A stretch of 64,000 nucleotides of DNA from Anthoceros angustus (lineage: Eukaryota > Plantae > Anthocerotophyta): NCBI GenBank assembly GCA_010909165.1, contig MU008180.1, positions 123,884-187,883 of the forward strand, read 5' to 3'. Below, piece after piece: positions 10,086 to 21,586 of this stretch (position 1 is its first letter; each line of letters opens with the position of its first letter). The notes beneath the pieces are model-generated. The model saw only the letters and a list, made by a program, of their open reading frames with translations. It was not told where the DNA came from and searched no databases. Made by a program: the position numbers and the translations under genes.

Positions 10086-13000
10086 CTAAGAAGAGGAGCC
10101 CTCCTCTTTCTCTAGTAGTGAATCCCACCGAGATGGGATAGGAGTGCAAATGTACCACCCCGTGCGCCCGTGTTCCACATCGGGGTGTGCGAAAGCCTGT
10201 TGGATGTGCCGGGCAAATGTGAAGGGCCCTGTTTTGTGGTCCCGTCGATACCTATACACGCGCCTTGTGTCCACTGCCGTGAAACCGCTAATGTCTGGTG
10301 CCATGGAAACATGGATTGCAGAAGTGTCACACAGAAACCACTTGATGAGGAGGACGAAAGCACTGAGGTCGGCACCCTCGAAGGACACGTCTAGGATTTG
10401 CTCCACTTGCCCATAAAACTGGACTGGCTGGTCTTCCATGTCAAATGTGCCAAACACCCAACTGTCTTGGGTAGAACGGCGGTGTTGATCACCTGCGATG
10501 GTGCGGTAGTGGTATCCCATTGTCTCCAATCCCCGGAAACACTTCACCTTCTGGCGCGGACCGTTCACAAAAGCTCGATCTCGGTGTAGTCCACCGGACG
10601 CCCATCGGTTTGTTTGCACCGACCTCCAACCAGTGAGGTAGGTGGATGGATTCCCTCGCCTCGAATTCACCACGGATTGCTTGCAGGTTTTGAGTGCAAA
10701 ATGAAATGCCAGGCACGACGCCCAAGGCTCTAGTCCCGGTCTTTGCTTTCCGATAGGGCGCTCATCCGAACGGTGTATTGAGGTTTGGTGGAACAAATGG
10801 GCTTGGCAGGGGTTCACGCCGCCAGTAGTCCGTCGTAGAACATGCTCTCCGTTGCAAGGTAACTGTGGCCATGCTCCCTTCCTTGCTCGTTGCACGATTG
10901 ATTGCTTGAAACCCTATATGGCGTTCAATCGGGTACATCCAGCGGACATGGACAAGGCGAGGCCACTTCATCAATCAAATGTATAAACAAGTGCGCATTG
11001 GGTTCCAAAACATCGACGGTAACACCGCTCCAATGCCACCATTGTGTTCACAACTTTTGCTCGCATCACGGAAGGTCATCGGGTGTATTGCCTCGCAAAT
11101 CCACTGTAAATGGAGGAAACCTCAATGAAGGACTCGTGATTCAGCCTGAAGCGGTGCCGCAATGCAATGGGAAATAGTATTGCATCAACGGATGCCGTGA
11201 CTTTTCAAACCCGTGACTTTTGCACCACCAAAACAAGTTGCAAGGTTGGAGCCAAAAGTAGTTGGTGGCCTCATTTTGCATAACTCTGTTTTAACGGCCT
11301 GGATGTCCTCCTTGGACAATGCATAGGACGCTGCGGGCAGATGCGCCTCTCCGTTATCGTCCACAACGGGCCACAACCAGGGTTTGGAGTCCAAATCCAT
11401 GAGGTCAATTCTTGCATTGTGCGTGTCCCACAGCCCGCTCCATACATGCCAGAACGCCTGGCAGTTGTTCACCTCCGTGTGCATCACGTCTTTGACCCAG
11501 AGCTTCGGAATTGCTGGCAGGTAAGGCAGCTTTTCAATGAAACCAGACATGCGTTTCACACCCCAGACCCTAGGGTTCGCCCGTACACCGGGTGGTGCCC
11601 TCTGCCAGGCTGTCATCTCGTCCACAATATCCTGCACGGTGCGAGAAGGCGGTGCCGGACGGAGCTCTACCGCATTGTCAAAAAATTCACGGTCATAGGC
11701 TCGCCTCACATCCATCGAAGGGCACCATCGTCGGTGACCATCGCACAACACCTTGTCCAAGGCATTGGACCACGGCTTCCAATAACCCACCGCAATCAAC
11801 ACAACACGGTAGCCTCGACCGCAATCCGAATAGAGCTCCAAGACCGGGTAATCGCAAGTGGCATGTAGCGAGCCCCGACGTAGCATGAACTGACTGGGTG
11901 GACAATGGTTTTGAGTGATCACACAGGAACACCCTCCCACAACATGGCCAGCTCTTCTAATAATGGTTGCAAGTACACATCAACATTCTTCACTGTTCGC
12001 CCGGGATGATAATGGGCATTAGTATCCTCTGCCTCTTTGTTGTAAGCCATGGGGAGATTATGAATCAAAAGAAGCACGGATGGAATAGGAAGCGGCCGGT
12101 TCCCACGGATTGCTTGCAGTGCTTCAGAGTGCAAAATGAAATGCCAGTGCAGACGACGCTGCTCCAAGGCCGTTAGAGTCCTGGTCTTTGCTTTCCCGAT
12201 AGGGCGCTCATCTGAACGGTGTATTGAGGTCTGCTGGAACAAATGGGCTTGGGCAGGGTTCCTGGCCGCCAGGTAGTCCGATGCGTAGAACATGCTCTCC
12301 GTTGCAAGGTAACGTGTGGCCATGCTCCCTTCCGGCCTTGCTCGTTGCCTGATTGATTGCTTCAGAAACCCTATATGGCGTTCAATCGGGTACATCCAGC
12401 GGACATGGACAGTGCCATGCGAGGCCACTTCATCAATCAAATGTATAAACAAGTGCTGCATTGGGTTCCAAAACATCGACGGTAACACCGCTCCAATGCC
12501 ACCATTGTGTTCACAACTTTTGCTCGCATCGCCGGAAGGTCATCTGGGTGTATTGCCTTCTGGCAAATCCACCTGTAAATGGAGTAAACCTCAATGAAGG
12601 ACTCAGATTCAGGCCTGAAGCGGTGCCGCAATGCAATGGGAAATAGTATTGCATCAACGGATGCCGTGACTTTTCAAACCCGTGACTTTTGCACCACAAA
12701 CAAGTTGCAAGGTTGGAGCCAAAAGTAGTTGGTGGCCTCATTTTGCATAACTCTGTTTTAACGGCTGGATGTCCTCCTTGGACAATGCATAGGACGCATG
12801 GCGATGCGCCTCTCGTCACAACGGGCCACAACCGTGGTTTGGAGTCCAAATCCATGAGGTCAATTCTTGCATTGTGCGTGTCCCATCGCCGCTCCATACA
12901 TGCCGAACGCCTGGCGCTTGTTCACCTCCGTGTGCATCACGTCTTTGACCCGAGCTTGAAGGCGGTAAGGCGCTTTTCAATGAAACCGGACATGCGTTTC

Positions 13001-15900
13001 ACACCCTGCACTTAGGGTTCACACCGGTGGTGCCCTCGCGCTGTCATCTCGTCCACAATATCACGGTGCGAGAAGGCGGTGCGGACGGAGCTCTACCGCA
13101 TTGTCAAAAATTCACGGCCATAGGCTCGCCTCCTGTCATCCATCGAAGGGCACCATCGTCGGTGACCATCGCACAACACCTTGTCCAAGGCATTGGACCA
13201 CGGCTTCAATAACCCACAATCAACACAACACCGGTAGCCTCGACCCGCAATCCGAATAGAGCTCCAAGACCGGGTAATCGCAAGTGGCATGTAGCGAGCC
13301 CCGACGTAGCATGAACTGACTGGGTCGGACAATGGTTTTGAGTGATCGGCACAGGAACACCCTCCCACAACATGGCCAGCTCTTCTAATAATGGTTGCAA
13401 GTACACATCAACATTCTTCACTGTTCGCCCGGGATGATAATGGGCATTAGTATCCTCTTTGTTGTAAGCCATGGGGAGATTATGAATCAAAAGAAGCAGG
13501 CCGGATGGAATAGGAAGCGGCCGGTTCCCAGGATTAAAGCCATCTGGAAATCCCAAACCGGATATTGCGATCTTCAAGGCCAAAATCACTCACCGAATCC
13601 AAAGCCCGTAGCGGTGTGTCCATGATTCGCAGCTTCCCGGTGCTCCTATGACCCTTCCACCAAGTCACCACTCAGCGGTGGACAAGCAAACATTCTCGCG
13701 GCGTCGATGGGAAGTAAAACATGGTTTTCGTGAACAGCTTGACCAGCCGCTCCGATTGAATCTTGGCTCGCCACAGAGGTGGCAAGCTTCTGTGATGTAG
13801 TAGGACCCCAAAAGCAACAGTCCCCCAATCAATCCAACGCTTCGCCCACATGTAACAACATCTTCCGCACATCCGCCTAGACTCGGCATGGTGTTCTTCA
13901 CGGCAAGATTGATGTGACGTAAGCTCAAAAATAGCGGACATTCTTGAGTTGGAAATCTTGAAACGCCTCAGTATGTTGAGGAAGGCTAGAGCCCCAGATA
14001 GTCGTGTGTCGGGATACCCGCTGCGGTGATTGTCCACAGAGGTTTTTCTCCTCGTAAGGGATTTTGCCCTCTGCCAGCTGTCATCTCGTCCACAATATCC
14101 TGCACGGTGCAAGAAGGCGGTGCCGGACGGAGCTCTACTGCATTGTCAAAAAATTCACGGTCATGGGCTCGCCTCCTGTCATCCAACGAAGGGCACCATC
14201 GCCGGTGACCATCGCACAGCACCTTGTCCAATGCGTTGGACCACCTGGCTTCCAATAACCCACTGCAATCAACACAACACCGGTAGCCTCGACACCGCAA
14301 TCCGAATAGAGCTCCAAGACCGGGTAATCGCAAGTGGCATGTAGCGAGCCCCGACGTAGCATGAACCGATGACTGGGTGGACAATGGTTTTGAGTGATCA
14401 CAGGAACACCCTCCCACAACATGGCCAGCTCTTCTAATAATGGTTGCAAGTACACATCAACATTCTTCACTGTTTTGGGGATGATAATGGGCATTAGTAT
14501 CCTCTGCCTCTTTGTTGTAAGCCATGGGGGATTATGAATCAAAAAAGCACAGGCCGGATGGAATAGGAAGCGGCCGGTTCCCACGGATTAAAGCCATCTG
14601 GAAATCCCAAACCGGATATTGCGATCTTCAAGGCCAAAATCACTCACGAATCCAAAGCCCGTAGCGGTGTGTCCATGATTCGCAGCTTCCCGGTGCTCCT
14701 ATGACCCTTCCACCAAGTCGGCTCACTCGCGGTGGACAAGCAAACATTCTCAAGCGCGTGTCTGGGAAGTAAAACATGGTTTTCGTGGAACAGCTTGACC
14801 AGCCGCTCCGATTGAATCTTGGCTCGCCACAGGTGGCAAGCTTCTGTGATGTAGTAGGACCCCAAAACAACAGGTCCCCAAGCATCAATCCAACGCTTCG
14901 CCCACATGTAACAACATCTTCCGCCTAGACTCGGCATGGTGTTCTTCACGGGCAAGATTGATGTGGGCGAAGCTCAAAAATAGCGGACATTCTTGAGTTG
15001 GAAATCTTGAAACGCCTCACATGTTGAGGAAGGCTAGAGCCCCGAGATAGTCGTGTGTGGGATACTGCAGTGATTGTCCACAGAGGTTTCTCGGCCTCAC
15101 TGTAAGGGATTTTGCCCTCTTGCGAGCATTGCGAAACAAAGGCTTCCATGGTTTTCTGCGCTTGACCAGCCGCTCCGATTGAATCTTGGCTCGCCACAGG
15201 TGGCAAGCTTCTGTGATGTAGTAGGACCCCAAAACAAGCAACGTCCCCAACGCAAGCATCAATCCAACGCTTCCGCCCATGTAACAACATCTTCCGCATC
15301 CGCCTAGACTCGGCATGGTGTTCTTCACGGGCAAGATTGATGTGACGAAGCTCAAAAATAGCGGACATTCTTGAGTTGGAAATCTTGAAACGCCTCAGTA
15401 TGTTGAGGAAGGCTAGAGCCCCGAGATAGTCGTGTGTCTGGATACTTCCGCTGCAGTGATTGTCCATAGAGGTTTCTCGGCCTCCGCCTGTAAGGGATTT
15501 TGCCCCTCTTGCGAGCATTGCGAAACAAAGGCTTCCATGGCTTCGGACAAATGCGTGGCTTCGGTGTTTCCGCCTCTCCCCACTGGGCCGTCCTCAAGCG
15601 GTCCGCCCGGCCCACCACCACCACCACCAGCAGGACGCGGCACAGGCTGGTTGAAATCCCTGGCGGAGTTCCGGTGGCCACTTTCCACAGGCAGAGCTGC
15701 TGCAGCAATCTCTGCAGGTGGCAAACCATCCCCGGCCTCCAGGCCTCCACGCAATGGGACATTGGCATCTTCCGTATCGCCCACATCTCGCGCCTGTCAA
15801 GCAAAATTGTCAACCGAGGTCCTCGCAGACTGGGCCACCAAAAATGCATGCCTTACCTCCGCAAGGAGCCGAGCCCAGGTGCGCTGATGGCGGCCGCAAT
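10086..15900 (-). pseudogene. CACTA/EnSpm TnpD-type transposase, frameshifted, with several internal tandem duplications
   Basis: KNVDVYLQPLLEELAMLWEGV (Transposase_21-type), MQHLFIHLIDEVASHGTVHVRWMYPIERHIGFLKQSIRQRARPEGSMA (DUF4218-type), FYGQVEQILDVSF...LIKWF...PF.FARHIQQAF...W (DUF4216-type); Cys/His-rich N-terminal part near 15700-15900. Confidence 0.95.
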
Positions 15901-16420
15901 GCACGTGTGGTGACCGACCTTCACAACCTGGGCAATTGCAAACAACGCACGGAATCTGCTTGTTTGTGTGAGGAGGATCCATCGATCGAAGCGGTGGCTA
16001 GCCGTGATGACAATCGGGCCTCCCTTATCCGCCTACGTAACCGGGCACAATGGAGACGTTGAAACGGGATCACAATCTATCCCCTCTCACCAACGGCCAC
16101 CTGTCCTTTCAGCCATAACGGGGCCTCCCCATACGGACACCACCCCAAACCTGTTCCTTGCAACGGCACATTCTTGACAACGTTGGGCTTTCCATTGCAA
16201 GGCAACAATCGAGAACCCACTTGCTTGACCATGGTAATCATCAACCCAACAAAGGTTTAAGTAGCATCCACACGAGGATAAGACAAAACTCGGCATCGTC
16301 ATAACCAACGTACCATGCTTGCCCGGAAAATTGTCATGCACCACATTCTTTGTCTATCTTTTATGACGGACAGTGCGGAAACGAGACCTTGTCATATCCC
16401 TCTTGTCATAAATCCGCTCA

Positions 16421-16433
16421 TTTTGTAGTAGTG
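16421..16433 (-). mobile_element. CACTA terminal inverted repeat (5' end) CACTACTACAAAA with nearby GTCATA/TATGAC subterminal motifs
   Basis: Plus strand TTTTGTAGTAGTG at 16421-16433; several gtcata/atgac motifs at 16295-16410. The matching 3' TIR was not found. Confidence 0.8.
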
Positions 16434-16492
16434 TGAAAACCAAAGTACCTCACTCGCATGCACTACCAAGATGAGTATCAAGACCTTTCCAA

Positions 16493-16810
16493 TTGCACAC
16501 AAGTTCTCACAAGCTCTAGGCTAAGAACTATGCAATAGGACTTGACTTGCACACAAGTTCTCACAAGCTCTAGACTAAGAACTATGCAATAGGACTTGAC
16601 TCGCACACAAGTTCTCACAAGCTCTAGGCTAAGAACTATGCAATAGGACTTGACTCGCACACAAGTTCTCACAAGCTCTAGGCTAAGAACTATGCAATAG
16701 GACTTGACTCGCACACAAGTTCTCACAAGCTCTAGACTAAGAACTATGCAATAGGACTTAACTTGCACACAAGTTCTCACAAGCTCTAGGCTAAGCACTA
16801 TGCAATAGGA
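16493..16810. repeat. 54-bp tandem array, ~6 near-identical copies, in the copia 5' leader
   Basis: Unit TTGCACACAAGTTCTCACAAGCTCTAGGCTAAGAACTATGCAATAGGACTTGAC; reads as an 18-aa repeat (KSYCIVLSLELVRTCV[Q/R]V) in ORF 16478..16828. Confidence 0.97.
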
Positions 16811-16860
16811 TTTACCTCTATTATCCACGCAAGATGCATCCTACGATGCTCTTGAACATG

Positions 16861-16872
16861 GCTCTGATACCA
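16861..16872 (-). promoter_or_regulatory. Copia primer-binding site (tRNA-iMet)
   Basis: Minus strand TGGTATCAGAGC directly after the LTR end ...CTACA. Confidence 0.93.
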
Positions 16873-17256
16873 TGTAGACAAAAGAGCTGAGCTTTTATAG
16901 AGAGGGAACATAACACTCCCATACAATATGGGTTATATTCACTAGACACACTAGATACTAGCACACAAGCACATAAGAACACTTGCACACACCATACCTT
17001 ACAAGTAGGTGGGCTTGGCCTTATATAGTCCTAGCCTTGGATCCTACTGGTCACTTGACCTTGAATCCTATTGGTTACTTGACCTTGAGTCCTATTGGTC
17101 ACTTGACTTGCCCTTTACTTTTGGACTTTCTAGAAGATACTTTCTAGAAGATGCATGACTTTCAAAGTTTGTTATTTTTAGGGCACTCTTCATAACCTGC
17201 TTTTAGGGCACTCTTCATAACATATTTTGATATGTTGTAATAAATCACTTCTAACA
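16873..17256 (-). mobile_element. Copia 5' LTR (~384 bp)
   Basis: Minus strand starts TGTTAGA and ends TCTACA, abutting the PBS; TATA-like CTATATAAG near 17020-17030; internal 24-bp repeat x3 (about 17040-17110) and 21-bp repeat x2 (about 17177-17220). No partner LTR in the window. Confidence 0.85.
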
Positions 17257-18305
17257 TTATTTGGTACCCGTCTCATATGGCGACAGCGGGGTTTTATTTG
17301 GTACTTGTTAGACATGGCCATGAAATCAGCCCATTATAGAAATCGCAAAACCGCACAAAACTGGTGATCCGAAAAAGAGATTCAGCTTTGAGGTTGATAC
17401 ATTGTTGTAGGGCTTTGCTGTATTCTTCCTCTATGCTACCCCCGAGGTGAGTTAAATGAATTGCGTGGTGCTCTGTCATTGAGCTCCTCTAGTACTTGCC
17501 CCCGAAGTGAATTAAATGAATTATGCAGTGCTCTATTCATGGAGCCCCTCTAGTGCATTGCTTGTCCAACAAACTTGGTCTTTCCTTGATAGTTATTTAG
17601 TGCTTTCTTTTCCCTCTTTCAGTGCTGTTTTATATTTATTTCTATGTAAATATTCTTTCACATTAAGGAGAAATACAACAGGAGCAGTGGAGGTCTACAT
17701 TTTTTGTTCTTTTATCTGCAGGCCATCTTTCATGCTCTATTTTTTAATGTATTTTTATTAATTTTATTTAGTCGGTAATCATTATCAAAAAAAAATGAAT
17801 ACTGAAGACCGTCAGCATACGTCTATGTAGGTCTATCGTCCATTAAAGCATCACCATGCCTATGGTGAAGCGCCGTATCATCCATACTTATCTTAGACAC
17901 ATGAAAGTATAGTCTGCTAATCAATCTTTGCGTCTTCTGAAAAAGTTAGAATTTCTGGGCTTATGGAGCAAGAGTTGGATAAAACAAATTCATCAGGAAC
18001 TAGGAAATTTGGGTGGACTTGTGGAGGTTTTCGTAGTTATTTGTTATCTTCATAAAACATCAATTTGTTGCAAAAGTAAAAGAGGGGGTTTTGCTATAGA
18101 TAGTGAATTGTATGTTCGTTCCAACGGATGCATCCACCGGCAGTTCCAGTGATGGAATGCTTTCAAGAGTTCTCATGCAATTACTGTTTCAGACTCGGTA
18201 ATCGAAGAGAAGTCGTTGGAGTTTGGTATGGGTACAAAAATAGAGGTTTGGTTTGGCTACAATAGGAAAACAAAAGGAAATTCGGAGGTGACCGGATTGG
18301 TACAT

Positions 18306-18510
18306 CATAGAGTGTGAGAGAAGAGGTAAAAGTTTCTCAAAATTAAACAGAATAAATAAGTTTTATCAGAATAAAGTTTTTATCAGATAAGCCTATCTAT
18401 TAAGTATAGAAAGAGTGTGAGAGAATAGATAAAGAGATATGCCTATGTGTTACCTATAGAAAGTCTGAGAGAATAGGTAAAGAGATAAGCCTATCTATTA
18501 CTTATAGAAA
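18306..18510. repeat. Degenerate ~50-bp purine-rich repeats (3-4 copies) upstream of the F-box gene
   Basis: Recurring TAGAAAGAGTGTGAGAGAATAG(A/G)TAAAGAGATA(T/A)GCCTAT. Confidence 0.6.
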
Positions 18511-19114
18511 GAGCTATGCTCCGAATATTGGAGGCCCAAAATCGCCAATCCCGCCATTCGATTAGGTAGATTTGAAGGACGAATTTCACTTACGTTCTTT
18601 TGTTTAATGTTTGGCGTGTGCGTGATTGGAAAATGTAGCAGATGAGCAGGCCAGGCCGTTCGACAGGGAGGTTCGACCTCGCACCGCAGCAGCCGCCGCT
18701 CGTAACTGCCACTTGCCCTTACTGTCCCGCCCTTGCCGCATGTGCGCCTGTGCCGGCCGCAATCCTGTCTCACGGCTGGCCTGGGCACATGTGAATTGCG
18801 GCCCTGCCACTGCACCACATCCTGAACCGGTGTGGTTCTTGAGATCTGCACCCTCCACTCCCTGCCCACCGTGCTCGCCGTTGCCTGTATCTGCCGCCAC
18901 GCAATTTCAGGTTCAGCTGGATCTGGATCCTTCTTGCAGCGCGGGGAATGTGCACTCTGCGGCCACTGAAAGGACTGGAGCTCGGTGTTGTCCATCTGCT
19001 GCTCCGGAATTGCCCTTGCCCTTGACCGCGGTGACGGTGACGGTGATTTCCTCTCTCGGCACGCCGCGATAGGGCAGGGCGGACTTTTCTGGTTGATGGA
19101 GATGTGTTAGCTAG

Positions 19115-19120
19115 GTAAGT
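19115..19120 (+). promoter_or_regulatory. Probable 5'-UTR intron donor of the F-box gene
   Basis: Consensus AG|GTAAGT after a GC-rich leader (about 18620-19110); acceptor not defined. Confidence 0.4.
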
Positions 19121-19534
19121 GGCCAGTCGCTGACAGTGTCGGGTCAAGTTTCGCTATCTTCCGCTCTGCTTCCCTTTCTATCTCGGCTGGGGCGTGGGGT
19201 GGCCCATGCTGGAGGTGTCCTTCACGCATTGCGTGAATTATGTGCTCCTCGTTCCTGAATTGTGCCAATTTGTTGCTCTGCCCTTGCATCTCACGATGCC
19301 GTTCAGTTTGTCTCCCGCTCCGCTGACCAACTGCAATGTTGCTGTTCAGGACTAGCTGGCTGGCCACATTTCCGTTCCTTCAATCCTTTCAGTACCAAAG
19401 GAATGGCGTCCGAGTTCAGTGTGTTATATGGCGAAGGGCAGTCACTTTAATTGTCCAGCATCAGCTGTGAAGGTGGTCGCCTGGTTCACCGGCTTTCTGT
19501 AAACCCTCTCCCTGTTACCCTAAGGCCGTGGCAC

Positions 19535-21064
19535 ATGGTTTGCCCGTGCCTTTCCTCCCCCAAGGTAGGGTGCGTGAACGTGGATCTGTCCATGCACTCC
19601 CCGGTCCGCTTCTTCCGGGTTGTGCTGTCTTCGTCCTGCAAGAGGATACTGCAATTTTCGGGATCACTGTCCCGTGCCCTGGGTCTGAAGAAGGTATGTG
19701 GTAGGTGTGGGAGATTAGGAAGGTGTCACCGCGCTCCTCCGAAGAAGGGACGATTGGCCACGAATCCGACCGCAACGCCTGCAAGGACCGATGATACAGA
19801 TGAGGATGAGGCCCGTTGTAATTTGCCTCAAGGCGAGAACGGAGTCATGGATGAGAATATATGGAGCGAGCTCCCCACGGATTTGTTGGAGAGGGTTCTA
19901 GCATTTTTGCCGCCTCCGTCTTTCTTCAGGTTCCGAGCTGTATGCAAGAAGTGGGATAAAATCATGTACAACAACAACTTTCTCAATCTGTGCTCGGAGA
20001 TTTCTGCTCACAGGCCATGGTTTGTTATGTTCCAGACAGGGCCCTGTGATGCCGTGGCGGCCTACAACCCGACCTTGAGCAAGTGGCATAGATTTTCGCT
20101 TTCTTTCCTTCCAACCAGGGTGCAAGGGGTCGCAGCCGCAGGAGGCCTCTTATGTTGCAAAGGGGAGGTTGATGGTTACCGCTCTCTCTTTGTCTGCAAC
20201 CCTATTACTAAAACGTGGAGGAGGCTTCCTCCCATGCTGAAAAAGAGGATGGTGCCTATAGTTGGTTTGGTGGTGGACAGAACAACAAAGGCTTACAAGG
20301 TGATCGCTGCAGGGGATGACGTCATGTCGGATGGCCTTAGTGTACGGGACCTTACCACAGAGGTCTATGATTCAGCTACTAACTCGTGGAAGATCAGTGG
20401 TGGGATACCTCCTCGATCAGACTTGGATTTGGCAGTAACCCTTTGTCAAGGGTTTCTGTACGTTGTGACATACTGTCCATATGGAGTGTTGACCTATAGC
20501 ATAGAACATGGGGTCTGGAGAAAAATTGATGCGAGCACCCCGAGGTGTCTAACCACTCCCAGTCTTGTGGAATGTCGAGGGAGGCTTCTTATGGTTGGGG
20601 GTATTGAGAAAAGGAATGTGGTCAAGAGCGTTCGGATATGGGAGCTGCAACGTGACGTAGAGCGGGAAAAAGTGCTGGCAGCTGAGGAACTTGTTGTGAG
20701 GAAGTATCAGAATTCAGGAAAGGTGCCAGGAGCGGAAAATGAGGAATCTCAAAAGCAGGTGGTAGATCCTAGTGCTGAAGCTGTTGGTATTTCGCATGAT
20801 CCTTCTTTGATGAAATACGTGGAAGTGGCGAGGATGCCACACAAGATCAGAAAGGAATTTTTCAAAAAGTCCAGCGACAGGAACTTCAGCTCTGTAGGAC
20901 ATGGGGACCTCATCTGCTTAACTAAATATGAAAGCCCGGAGGTGCTTATATATGATATTTCGAGAAGATCATGGTCCTGGTTACCGAGGTATCCCTCAGA
21001 AGATTTCGAAGGGCACCTGTGGGGCTTTCCGTTTGATCCCAGGATTGATGCTGTAGTATCGTAA
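19535..21064 (+). CDS. F-box/kelch-repeat protein (UFO/LCR/At5g15710-like group), intronless and intact; start ATG uncertain (19535, 19592 or 19847)
   Basis: F-box MDENIWSELPTDLLERVLAFLPPPSFFRFRAVCKKW; then AAAGGLLCC, FVCNPITKTWRRLPPM, TEVYDSATNSW, LVECRGRLLMVG, IWELQ..EVARMP, YDISRRSWSWLP, GFPFDPRI. No frameshift or internal stop. Confidence 0.95.
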   Translation: MVCPCLSSPKVGCVNVDLSMHSPVRFFRVVLSSSCKRILQFSGSLSRALGLKKVCGRCGRLGRCHRAPPKKGRLATNPTATPARTDDTDEDEARCNLPQGENGVMDENIWSELPTDLLERVLAFLPPPSFFRFRAVCKKWDKIMYNNNFLNLCSEISAHRPWFVMFQTGPCDAVAAYNPTLSKWHRFSLSFLPTRVQGVAAAGGLLCCKGEVDGYRSLFVCNPITKTWRRLPPMLKKRMVPIVGLVVDRTTKAYKVIAAGDDVMSDGLSVRDLTTEVYDSATNSWKISGGIPPRSDLDLAVTLCQGFLYVVTYCPYGVLTYSIEHGVWRKIDASTPRCLTTPSLVECRGRLLMVGGIEKRNVVKSVRIWELQRDVEREKVLAAEELVVRKYQNSGKVPGAENEESQKQVVDPSAEAVGISHDPSLMKYVEVARMPHKIRKEFFKKSSDRNFSSVGHGDLICLTKYESPEVLIYDISRRSWSWLPRYPSEDFEGHLWGFPFDPRIDAVVS

Positions 21065-21586
21065 GCAGGAGACACCGATGAAATAACTTAACACTCTTTG
21101 GGTGTTGAGCTGGAGGTCGCTGACATGGTGCTCTTTGCAATAATCATTGATGCAGACGGAGCAGCGTAGGACCTCATGTGGGTACGTTACGACATTGTAC
21201 TATGAAAGGCGGAGAGGCCAAGAATTATTTGTAGAGTATGTAGAGCTCCTTCGGAGCATCCCTTTAGCTGGACAGTGATCCGACAGATCTCTCCTTAGCG
21301 TTGCTCACGGTTGAAGGGCAAAGTTGAAAGCTTTCTCAGATTGTTCCTGAAGATGTCGATGTAAGGTGACATGATCCATGACGAGTTAAAACAGGGACGA
21401 CTTTTAGCCTTTGGTCACGGGCGAACATGCACTGTGAAGGCGGTGCTCAGAGTTTGTTGGCCTCGTTGTCTTCAGCGCCAGCCGCAGGGATTGCGCCTCG
21501 CCGCCTAGGTTTGAGGTAGCTGCCCTTGTAGCACCGGTACTGCTATGCCTTCACCGTCCGAGTTCAGTAGAAACTGAAACCCAAAG

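Noticed and set aside
16461-16475. CACTACCAAGATGAG as a second CACTA terminus
   Set aside because: Only a partial match to the TIR, with no subterminal repeats or partner end.
16493-16810. 54-bp array as a CRISPR array
   Set aside because: Units are contiguous and near-identical with no unique spacers; eukaryotic retrotransposon context; no cas genes.
19451-19534. ORF-track start of the F-box gene at 19451
   Set aside because: It is a TTG; the first in-frame ATG is 19535 and homology begins at 19847.
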